From: Squalus acanthias
Taxonomy: Eukaryota
Length of the DNA: 64,000 nucleotides
Assembly: GCA_030390025.1 (NCBI GenBank)
Contig: CM059431.1
Location: 152,894,001-152,958,000 of the forward strand
Direction: 5' to 3'
Shown here: piece after piece, positions 24,101 to 35,657 of the stretch
How positions within the stretch are numbered: position 1 is the first letter of the stretch
Layout of the letters: every line of letters starts with the position of its first letter
The notes under the pieces: generated by a model
The model's database searches: none
Told to the model about the DNA's origin: nothing
What the model saw: only the letters and a program-made list of their open reading frames with translations
Made by a program: the position numbers and the translations under genes

Positions 24101-24566
24101 CTCTCTATTTCAGTGTGTTCCATCATGCTGAAACACATTCTTTAAAAGTGGTCCCTGATGGCGAGACTTACGGTTTAAAAGGGGTCACTGATGGTGAGAC
24201 TCTCTTTAAAAACGCTCGCTGATAGAAAGACTCCTTCTTTAAAAGTGTCTCTGATGGTGTGAATCATTCTTTTAAAGGGTTCCCTGATGGTGAGTCTCTT
24301 TCTTTAAAAGTGGTCCCTGGTGGAGAGACTATCTCATTAAATGATGTCCCTGCCGGCATACTCCCTGTTTAAAACAGGTCCCTAATTGAGACACTCCCTC
24401 GTTTAAAGTTTTCCCTGATGGTGAGACTCTCTCTTTATAAGTTGAGCCTAATAGGAAGATTCTCTTTAAAAGATGTCCCTGGTAAAAAGAAGACTCTCTC
24501 TTTAAATGGGGCCCTAGATAGAAAGACTCCCTCTTTAAAAGTTTCTCTATTGTTGATACTCTCTCT

Positions 24567-25658
24567 TTATGAGGTTTCGGTAAACTCCCCCAGAATTCTT
24601 CATCTCCCCACCAAAGGAGCGTACAGAGATTGAGTTTGTGAGTTTTATACAAAAGTAAAATGTGAGACAATTCTAAAAATATATATATTTATTAAAGAAG
24701 CAACATGTAATTACAATAGTTTTTTCGATCGCAACATTTACAGTTTCAAAAGTAGTAAGCTTACAATTCTTATTATCAGATCCTTATTCTCAAATCTTAA
24801 CTTCGCTACAGTTTTCCAGTTCTCAGTCTTTTTCTAGGCTATCCACCAAAATCAAATACAGTACAATACCTTGATCCCCGTGGTACAAAGAGTTGGAGAC
24901 TTAAAGAGCCTGCCTCTGAAGCCTGAGAATCGCTTTGCCCCTTTACAGAGAGACTAACATCCCATTTGAAATTTCAATATTTATTCCAGTTTCCTGTGGT
25001 ATTTCCTTTGAAATTTTCTGCTGATGTAAGCTAATTATCTCTAGTAATTTTTCTGCTGACCCCTGCTATTCTTACAGTCGGATCAGCTGGAAGCATTAAG
25101 AATTATGTCTCTACCCTAGGTGTTAAAGCTCAGCATAAATACGGTGTAACAGCAGGTGTCATCTCACCAAGAACTTTTGCTTGTGTCTCTTTACGAAGTG
25201 TAAATTAGAACACCTCAACCAGGGTGATCTATGCAATTCTTCAGTCACCAAAGCTGGTTGCAATACAGAATTATGTCTCTCCTCCGTAGGTGTTCCAAGT
25301 TTAACATAAAAACGATGTGACGGCAGGTGTTTATTTTACTTGATGTCATTTTTAGGAAGGCATATGCTTCTTAATGTTATGTGTTTCTTTCCGAAGTGTA
25401 TTTAAGAGCACCTTAACAGCGTGCACCATTGACTTTTTTCGAAAGATTCAGAGATCAGGGCCTCCAACCTCATGTTTCAATAAGGTTATTGATTCAGATT
25501 CAACAACTTATCTTATCTCTATTACCAGAATGCTGTAACAGTTTTAGATTGTTGAAGCTTCCAGATTTCCAGACCGAGTTTGTCATGTTTTAATAACGCC
25601 AGCATTTATTTAATAGAATGGTGTATTTTTCTGAACAGGTATGGTTTATTCCTTCACA
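24567..25658 (-). mobile_element. Solo-LTR-like copy C (U5-side truncated)
   Basis: Starts TGTGAAGGAATAA on minus; adjacent AGAC; homologous to B/E. Confidence 0.72.
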
Positions 25659-27088
25659 AGACTCTCTTTAAAAGGGCTCCATGACAGAAAGTCTCCCGCT
25701 TTAAACTGGTCTCTGAGGGGGAGTCTCTCTCTTTAAAAGGGGTCCCTGAGGGGGAGACTCACTCTTTAAAAGGTTTCCCTGATGGTGAGTCTATTTAAAA
25801 TGTATCTCTAATTGGAAGATTCTCTTTAAAAGGGGTCCCTGATAGAAAGACACCCTCTTTGAAAGGGGTCCTTGATAGAACGACTTTCTCTTTAAAAGTG
25901 GTCCCTGATGTTGACTCTCTCTATTTAAAATGGGTCGCTGATGGTGAGACTCCTCGGTTAATTTGAGTCCCTGATGCTGAAACACCCTCTTTAAAAGAGG
26001 TACCTAATGGGGAGACACTCTCTTTAATGGGGTCCCTGATAGAAAGACTCTCTCTTTATATGGGCTCCCTGAAGGGCTGAGACCCTCTTTAAAAGGGGTC
26101 CCTATTGGTGACGCCTTCTCTTTAAAAAGGGGTCCCTGATGGAGAGACACCCTCTTTAAAAGGTGTCCCAGATGGAGAGACTCCATCTTCAAAAGGGATC
26201 CCTGATGGAGACATTCCCTCTTTAAAATGGTCCCTGCTGTTAAGTCTCTATCATTAAAAGTTGCCTCTAATAGGAAGATATCCTTTAAAAGGGGTCCCTG
26301 ATAGAAATACACTCTCTTTAATGGTGTCCCTGATGGAAGACTCCCTCTTTAAAAGGAATCCATGATGGTGAGACTCCCTCTTTAAATCGGACCCCTTATG
26401 GTGAGATTCCCTCTTTGAAAGCGGCCCCTAATGGTGAGACTCCCACTTTAAAATCGGACCCTGACGGTGAAAGACTCCCTCTTTAAAAGGAATACATGAT
26501 GGTGAGACTCCCTCTTTAAATCGGACCCCTTATGGTGAGATTCCCTCTTTAAAATCGGTCCCTAATGCTGAAACACCCACTTTAAAAGTGGTCCCTGATG
26601 GTGAGCTTCTTTAAAAGGATCCCCTAATGGGGAGAATCTCTCTTTATTAGTTGTCCGTGATTGAAAGACTATCTCTTTAATAAGAATCCTCGAGGGTGAG
26701 ACTCGCTCTTTAAATTAGGTCGCTGAATGTGCGACTCTCTTTAAATGGTGTCCCTGATGGGGAGACTCCCTCTTTAAAAGGCGTCCCTGATGTTGAGACT
26801 ATTTAAAAGGTGTCCCTAATCGGAAGATTCTCTTTAAAAGGGGTCCCTGTTAGAAAGACACCCTCTTTAAAAGGGGTCATTGATAGAAAGACACCCTCTT
26901 TAAAATGGGTCCCTGATTTTGAGACTCCCTGATTAATAGGATTCCCTGATGCTGAAACACAATCTTTAAAATGGGTACTAAATGGGGAGACACTCTCTTT
27001 AAAAGGGGTACCTGATAGAAAGACTCTCTCTTTAAATAGGATCCCAGATGGGGAGTGACCCTCTTTAAAAGGGGTCCCTGATGGGGAT

Positions 27089-27994
27089 ACAGTAAAGTGC
27101 TCCCTCAGTACTGCCCCTCCGACAGTGAACCGCTCACTCAGTACAAAAAACTCCGGCAGTGCAGTGCTCCCTCCGTACTGCCCCTCCGACAGTGCAGCGC
27201 TCCCTCCGTACTGCCCCTACGACAGTGCAGCGCTCCCTCAGTACTGCCCCTCCGACAGTGAAGCGCTCTTTAAGTACTGCCCCTCCGACAGTGCAGTGCT
27301 CCCTAAGTACTGCCCCTCCGACAGTACAGTGCTCCCTAAGTACTGCCCCTCCGACAGTAAAGTGCTCCCTCAGTACTGCCCCTCCGACAGTGAAGCGCTC
27401 ACTCAGTACAAAAACCTCCGACAGTGCAGTGCTCCTTCCGTACTGCCTTCCGACAGTGCAGCGCTCCCTCCGTACTGCCCCTCCGACAGTGCAGCGCTCC
27501 CTCAGTACTGCCCCTCCGACAGTGAAGCACTCCGTAAGTACTGCCCCTCCGACAGTGAAGCGCTCTCTCAGTACTGCCCCTCCGACAGTGCAGCGCTCCC
27601 TAAGTACTGCACCTCCGACAGTACAGTGCTCCCTAAGTACTGCCCCTCCGACAGTACAGTGCTCCCTAAGTACTGCCCCTCCGAAAGTACAGTGCTCCCT
27701 AAGTACGGCCCCTCCGACAGTAAAGTGCTCCCTCAGTATTGCCCCTCCGACAGTGAAGCGCTCACTCAGTACAAAAACCTCCGACAGTGCAGTGCTCCCT
27801 CCGTACTGCCCCTCCGACAGTGCAGCGCTCCCTCCGTACTGCCCCTCCGACAGTGTAGCGCTCACTCAGTACTGTCCCTCCGACAGGGCAGCGCTCCCTC
27901 AGTACTGCCCCTCCGACAGTACAGTTCTCCCTAAGTACTGCCCCTCCGACAGTACAGTGCTCCCTAAGTATTCCCCTCCGACATTGCAGCACTC
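27089..27994 (+). repeat. Second 33-bp minisatellite (CAGTACTGCCCCTCCGACAGTGCAGCGCTCCCT)n, ~27 units
   Basis: Direct inspection. Explains the YCPSDS / LSTAPPTVQ / TVGGAVLRE ORFs. Resembles a repeat I recognise as common in shark DNA. Confidence 0.95.
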
Positions 27995-30900
27995 ACTCTT
28001 TCAAAGGGCCCCCTGATAGAAAGTCTCCCTCTTTAAAATGGTCTCTGACGGTGTGACACTTTCTTTAAAAGGGATCACTGATGGTGAGAGTTACGCTTTA
28101 AAATCGGTCTCTGATGGTGAGACTTCCTCTTTAAAAGGGATCCCTAATGGGGAGCCTCTCTCGTTAAAATTGGTACTTAATGGTGAGACTCCCTATTTAA
28201 ATGGGATGCCTGATGAGGAGACTCCCTCTTTAAAAGCGGTCGCTGATGGTGGGACTCTAACTTTAAAAGAGGTCCCTGATAGAAAGATGCCCTCTTTAAC
28301 AGGGGTCCGTCACAGAAAGTTTTGCCTCTTTAAAAGGGGTCCGTGATGGAAAGACTCCCTCTTTAAAAGGGCTCATTGATGTGGAGATTCCATCTTTAAA
28401 AGGTATCCCTGATGCAGAGACTCTCTCTTTAAAAGGTATCTCTGATGGTGAGACTTCCTCTTTAAAAGGGATCCCTAATGGGGAAACTCTCTTGTTAAAG
28501 GAGACCCTGACGATGAGACTCTGTATAAAAAGGATCCCTGATGAGGGGGTTCTCTTTTCAAAATGTGTCCCTAAAAGGAAGATTCTCTTTAAAAGGAGTT
28601 CCTGATAGAAAGATTCCCTCTTTGAAAGGGGACCTTGATAGAAATACTATCTCTTTAAAATGGGGCCCCGAGGGTGAGACTTCCTATTTAAAAGGGCTCC
28701 CTGATAGAAAGACTCCGTCTTTAAAAGGGACTCTAATGGCGAGACTCCCTCCTTAAAAGGAATCGCTAATGGGGAGACTCTCTCTGTAAAAGCGGTCCCT
28801 GATTGTGTGACTCACTCTTTAAAATGTGTCGCTGATGGTGAGACTCTTACTTTACAAGGGGTCCATGATAGAAAGACGCCCTCTTTAAAGGGGGTCCTTG
28901 GTAGAAATACTCTCTCTTTAAAATGTGTCCCTGATAGGGAGACACCATCTTTAAAAGGTGTCCATGATGTATACACTCCCTCTTTAAAAGGGAGTCTGAT
29001 GGCGAGATAACCTTTTTAAAGGAATCCCTAATGGTGAGACTCTCTCTTTAAAAGGGGTCACTGGCAGAAAGACTCTCTCTTTAAAAAGAGTGCCCGATGG
29101 GGAGACTCCCTCTGTAAAAGGGGTCCCTGATGCTGAGACTCCCTGTTTAAAATGTATCCCTGATGGTGAGACATGCTTTTTAAAAGGGAACCCTGATGGT
29201 GATACTCACTCTTTGAATGGGTCCCTGACAGTGAGACTCTCTGTTTATAAGTTGTCCCAGACGGTGAAAAACTCTTTAAAAGGGGTCCCTGATAGAAAGA
29301 CACGCTCTTTTAAAGGCGTCCTGATGGCGAGCTTCTCTCTTTAAAAGAGGTCCCTGATCGAGAGACTCCATCTTTAAAAGAGGCCCCTGATGGTGAGACT
29401 CGCTCTTTAAAAGGGGTCACTGATGGGGAGACACGCTCTTTTAAAGGCGTCCTGATGGAGACAGTCCCTCTTTAAAAGGTGTCCCTGATAGTGAGCCTCT
29501 TTAAAAGGGGTCCCCAATGGGGAAACTCTCACTTTAAACGGGGTCCCTGATAGAAAGGCTCCCGCTTTAAAAGGAGTCCCTGACAGAGGTACTCCCTCTT
29601 TAAATGGTGAGACTCTCTCTTTAAATGGATCCCAAATGGGGAGACTCGCCCTTTAAATGGGGTCCCTGATAGCAAGTCTCTCTCGTTAAATGGGGTTCCT
29701 GATGTTGAGATTCCCACTTTAAAAGGTGCCCCTGATGGTAGGAATCTCTCTTTAAAAGTGGTCCTTGATGGTGAGACTCTCTCTCTTTAAAAGGTGTCCC
29801 TGATTGAGACACTTCAACTTTAAAAGGGGTCCCTGATGGAGACACTCCCTCTTTAAGAGAGGTCCCTGATGCTGAAACAGCCACTTTCAAAGATGTTTAA
29901 CATGTGTCCCCGAGAGTGAGACTCCCTCTTAAAAAGGGGTCCCTGATAGAAAGACTTTCTCTTTAAAATGGGTGCCTGATGGTGAGACTCCCTCTTTAAA
30001 AGGGTTCCCTTATTGAGACACTCCTTTTTTAAAAGGTGTCCCTGATGGAGAGACCATCTCTTTAAAAGCGATCCCTGATGCTAAATCTCCCTCTTTAAAG
30101 GGGACCATGATGGTGACACCCAAATGATAAAACGGTCTCTGATTATGAGACTCCCTCTTTAAAAGTGATCCCTGATGGTGTGGTTCACTATTTAAAAGGG
30201 ATCCCTGATGCTGAGACTCACTCTTTAAAAGGATTCCTGATTGTGAGATTCACTCTTTAAAATGGCTCCCTGATAGAAATTGGTCTTTGACTGCGAGTCA
30301 TCATTTAAAAGGGATCCCTTATATTTAAAAGGGATCCCCAATGTGGAGATTCTCTCATTAAAAAGGGTCCCTGATCGTGAGACCCCATCTTTAAATGGGG
30401 TACCTGATGAAGAGAGTCCCTCTTTAAATGGGGTCTCTTATGAGGATACTTCCTCTTTAAAAGGGATTCCCTGATGGTGAAACTCTCTCTTTAAAAGGTG
30501 TTCCTAATAGGGAGATTCTATATTTCAAAGGGTCCCTGATAGAAAGACGCCCTATTTAAAAGGGGTCCGTGAGAGAATGACTCTCTGTTTAAAATGGGTC
30601 CAATAGGGTGAGACTTCCTCTTTAAAATGGGTCTCATTCTTTAAAATGGTCCTTGATGGTGAGACTCCCTTTTTAAAAGGGGTCCCTGGATACACTCCCT
30701 CTTTAAACGGGGTCCCTGATGGTGGGCCTCGCTCTTTAAAAGATGTCCCTGATGGTGAGACTTCCTGCTGGAAAGGGATCCCTAATGGGGAGTCTCTCTC
30801 TTTAAAAGGGGTCTCTGATGATGAGAATCTCTCTTTAAAAAGGGTCCCTGATGCTGAAACACCCTCTTTAAAAGGAGTCCCTGATTGTGAGACTCCCTCT

Positions 30901-31100
30901 TTAAAAGGAGTACCTGAAGGTGAGACTCTCTCATTAAAATGGGTCCCTGAAGGGTATAATCCCTTATTTAAAAGGTGCCCCTGATGTTGAAACTCTCTCT
31001 TTAAATGGGATCCCTTATGGTGAGACTCCCTCTTTAAAAGGGGTCGCCGATGCTGAAACATCCTTTTTAAAAGGGGTCCCTGATGGGGAGACTCCCTCTT

Positions 31101-32170
31101 TAGTGCTGCCCCGGATCAGGCATATTCCCCAGGCGTTCACCTTCAACTAAAGATTGAGGTATCCAAATACTAAAGACGCTTAATTGGATCTAATGTTCCA
31201 GACTACCTCTCCCTAAAGGAAAGGAACAAACTGAAAAAGTTACCATCCCCCAGATAGCAATTTTAATATGTTTAGCTAGAATGTAACATTCCGGATATTA
31301 TGCGGTTCCGGAAAATTCCCCCAGGATTCTGCAACTCCTCAACAAAAAAGTGTACAGAGCTTGAGTTTGTGCGTTTGATACAGAAGTCCTAAGTGAGACA
31401 ATTCTAAAAACATATAGATTTATTAAAGAACCGACAGGTAATTTACAGTTGATGTGTCGATCGCAGATTAACAGTTCCAAAAAGAGAAAGCTATACAATC
31501 TTATTATCAGAGATCCACTTTCTCAAATCTTAACTTCGCTACAGTTTTACAGTTCTTAAAATTTATTCCGGAGATCCACCAAAATCAAATATAGTACGGT
31601 TTAACCCTGAGGTACAAAGAGTTGTAGACTTACAGAGCCTGCCTCTGAAGTCGAGAATCGTTTTGCCCCTTTAAAGCGATCAATTATTCTATTTGAGAGT
31701 TCAATATTTATGCCCTTTTCCAGTGGTACCTCCTTTAAGGTTTTCTGCTGATGTAAGCTAATTATCTCGTCATTTTTCTGCTGACCCCTTCAATTTTTAG
31801 TCACCTCAGCTGGTAGCAAAGCAGACTCGTGTCTCTCCTCTAGGTGTTCCAAACTTATCATAAAAAACGGTGAAACAGCTGGTGTGTCTCGTTTGATGTC
31901 ATTTTTACGAAGGCCTTCTGTTTGTGCCTCTTTACGAATTGTAAATTAGACACCTTGTACAGGGTGAAACTTTGTTTTGATTCCGAAAGGTTCAGCCTGT
32001 TGATTAAGTGTCAACAACTATCGTATCTCTATAGCCAGAATTATATCACAGCTTTAGATTGCTGAGGCTACCAGATTTCCAAACCCAGTTTGTCATGTTT
32101 TAATAAGGCCAGAATTCTTTCAGAGAATGGTGTATTTTTCTGAACAGGTTATGTGGCTTATTACTTCACA
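31101..32170 (-). mobile_element. Solo-LTR-like copy D (short form, ~30 bp lost at U5 end)
   Basis: Highly similar to copy E; ends TTACTTCACA|AGAC on plus. Confidence 0.75.
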
Positions 32171-34556
32171 AGACTCCCTCTTTAATAGTAGTCACTGATG
32201 GTGAGACACCCTCTTTAAAAGGGATGCCTAATGGGGAGATTCTGTCTTTAAAAGTAATTCCTGATGCTGAGAATCTCTTTAAAAGGAAAACCTGATGGGG
32301 AGAGACCCTCTTTAAAAGGGTCCCAGATGATGAGACTCCCTCTGAAAGAGGAGTCTCTGATGCTGAAACACCCTCTTTAAAATGGGTCCCTGATGGTGTG
32401 AGTCAATCTTTAACAGGGGTCCCTGATGAAGAGACTCCCTCTTTAATAGAAATCCCTCATGCTGAAAGATTCTCTTTAAAAGGGTTTCCTGATGGTGAGA
32501 TTCCCTCTTTAAAAGGTGTCCCTAACAGGAAGATTCTCTTTAAAAGGGGTCCCTGTTAGAAAGACTCCCCTTTTAAAAGGGGTCCATGATGGTGAGACTC
32601 CCTTTTTAAAAGTGCACCCTGATGGGCAAAAACCCTCTTTAAAAGGGGTCCCTGATGGAGAGACTCTCTCAATAAAAGGGGTTCCTGACAGGGAAACTCC
32701 CTCTTTAAAATGGTTCCCTGATGCTGAACCAGCTTCTTTGGAAGGACTTCTTGATGGTGAGACTCACTCTTTAAAAGTGGTACCTGATGGGGAGACTCAT
32801 TCTTTAAATGGGGTCCCTAATTTGCGAAAACTCTCTCTTTAAAGGGGGTCCCTGATGGTGAGTCTTCCTCTTTAAAATTGTCCCTGATGCTAAGACTTGC
32901 TTTTTAAAAGGGATCCCTGATGGTGAGACTCACTCTTTGAATGGGTCCCTGACAGTGAGACTCTCTGTTTAAAAGTTGTCCCAGACGGTGAAAATCTCTT
33001 TAAATGTGGTCCCTGATAGAAAGACACGCTCTTTTAAAGGGGTCCTGATGGAGAGACTCCGTCTTTAAAAGGGGACCCTGATAGAAATACTCCCTCTTTA
33101 AAAGGGGTCCCTGATGGGGAGACTCTCTTTAAAAGTGACCTGATAGAAAGACGCCCTCTTTAAAAGGGTCCCTGATGGTGAGACTCCCTCTTTAAATGGG
33201 GTTCCTGAGGGTGAGACTCTCTCTTTAAAAGGGGAACCTGATAGAAATACGCCCTCTTTAAAAGTGGTCCCTGACAGGGTTACTCCCTTTTTAAAAGGGG
33301 TCCCTGATGGTGAGACTCTATCTTTAAAATGGGTCCAAATGGGGAGACTCCCTCTTAAAAGGGGAACCTGATAGATAGACTCTCTCTTTAAAAGCGATCC
33401 CTGATGCTAAACTACCTCTTCAAAGGGGACAATGACGGTGAGACTCACCTCGATAAAACGGTCTCTGATGATGAGACTACCTCTTTCAAAGTGATCCCTG
33501 ATGGTGTGGCTCACTGTTTAAAAGAGATCCCTGATGCTGAGACTCACTCTTTAAAAGGATTCCTGATTGTGAGACTCACTCTTTAAAAGGGCTCGCTGAT
33601 AGAAATGTGTCTGTGACGGTTAGAGTCTTCATTTAAAAGGGATCCCTTATATTTAAAAGGGATCCCCAATGTGGAGACTCTCTCATTAAAAGGGGTCCCT
33701 GATGAAGAGACTCCCTCTTTAAATGGGGTCTCTTATGAGGATACTTCCTCTTTAAAAGGGATTCCCTGATGATGAAACTCTCTCTTTAAAAGTAGTCCCT
33801 GATGCTGAAAAACCCTCTTTAAAAGGTGTCCCTAATAGGAAGTTTCTGTACTTCAAAGGGGTCTCTGATAGAAAGACGCCCTCTTTAAACGGTGTCCTTG
33901 AGAGAAAGACTCTCTGTTTAAAATGGGTCCACGAGGGTGAGACTTCCTCTTAAAAAGGGATATCATTCATTTAAAAGGGGTCCTTGATGGTGAGACTCCC
34001 TCTTTAAAAGTGGTCCCTGATGGTGGGGCTCGCTCTTTAATAGATGTCCCTGATGGTGAGTCTTCCTCTTTGAAAGGGATCCCTAATGAGGAGTGCCTCT
34101 CTTTAAAAGGAGTCTTTGATAATGAGAATCTCCTTTAAAAAGGGTCCCTGATGCAGAAACACCCACTTTAAAAGGCGTCCCTGACTGTGAGACTCACTCT
34201 TTAAAAGAGGTCCCTGATGGTGAGACTCCCTCTTTAAAAGGGTAACTTATGGTGAGACTCACTCTTTAAAAGGGGTCCCTGGTGTTAAGACTCTATCATT
34301 AAAAGGTGTACCTGAAGGGTATAATCCCTTTTTTAAAAGGTACCCGTGATGTTGAAACTCTCTATTTAAATGGAATCCCTTATGGTGAGACTCCCACTTT
34401 AAAAGGTGTCCCCGAAGCTGAAACACCCTTTTTTAAATGGGTCCCTGATGGGGAGAATCCCTCTTAAAAAGGGGTCGCTGATAGAGAAACTTCCTCTTTA
34501 AATGTGGTCCCTGATGGCGAGACACTCACTTTAAAAGGGATCCCTGATGGTGAGAC

Positions 34557-35657
34557 TGAAGGGATGGTTACTAGTCCTAGCCGTTATAGTGCTGACCCGG
34601 ATCAGGCATATTCCCCAGGCGTTCACCTTCAACTAAAGATTGAGGTATCCGAATACTAAAGACGCTTAATTGGATCTAATGTTCCAGACTATCTCTCCCT
34701 AAAGGAAAGGAACACCCTGAAAATGTTACCGTCCTCCAGATAGAAAGTTTAATAAGTTTAGCTCGAATGTAATGTTCCGGATATTATCCGGGTCCTGAAA
34801 ATTCCCCCAGAATTCTGCAACTCCTCAACAAAAAAGTGTACAGAGATTGAGTTTGTGAGTTTGATACAGAAGTCTTATGTGAGAAAATTCAAACAATATA
34901 TAGATTTATTAAAGAACCGACATGTAATTTACAGTTGATGTGTCAATCGCAGATTAACAGTTCCAAAAAGAGAAAGCTATACAATCTTATTATCAGAGAT
35001 CCATATTCTCAAATCTTAACTTCGCTACAGTTTTACAGTTCTTAAATTTTTTTCAGGATATCCACCAAAATCAAATACAGTACTGTTGATCCCCGAGGTA
35101 CAAAGAGTTATAGACTTACAGAGCCTGCCTCTGAAGTCGAGAATCGCTTTGCCCCTTTAAATCGAGCCAATCATTCTATTTGAGAGTTCAATATTTATAC
35201 ACTTTTCCAGTGGTATCTCCTTTAAGGTTTTCTGCTGATGTAAGCTAATTATCTCGTCATTTTTCTGCTGACCCCTTCAATTTTTAGTCACCTCAGCTGG
35301 TAGCAAAACAGACTCGTGTCTCTCCTCTAGGTGTTCCAAGCTTATCATGAAAAACGATGTAACAGCAGGTGTGTTTCATTTGATGTCATTTTTACGAAGG
35401 CCTTCTGTTTGTGCCTCTTTACGAATTGTAAATTAGACACCTTGTACAGGGTGAAACTTTGTTTTGATTCCGAAAGGTTCAGCCTGTTGATTAAGTGGCA
35501 ACAACTAGCCTATCTCTAAAGCCAGAATTCTATCACAGCTTTAGATTGTTGAGGCTTCCAGATTTCCAAACCCAGTTTGTCATGTTTTAATAAGGCCAGA
35601 ATTCTTTCAGAGAATGGTGTATTTTACTGAATAGGTTATATGGCTTATTCCTTCACA
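34557..35657 (-). mobile_element. Solo-LTR-like copy E (short form, 1.10 kb, complete)
   Basis: AGAC|TGAAGGGAT...TATTCCTTCACA|AGAC: perfect 4-bp TSD, TG...CA ends, TATAAATA and AATAAA on minus. Confidence 0.82.

Noticed and set aside
27125..28016. Mucin-like or YCPSDS-repeat proteins of 243-285 aa
   Set aside because: Translations of a minisatellite that is open in several frames at once.
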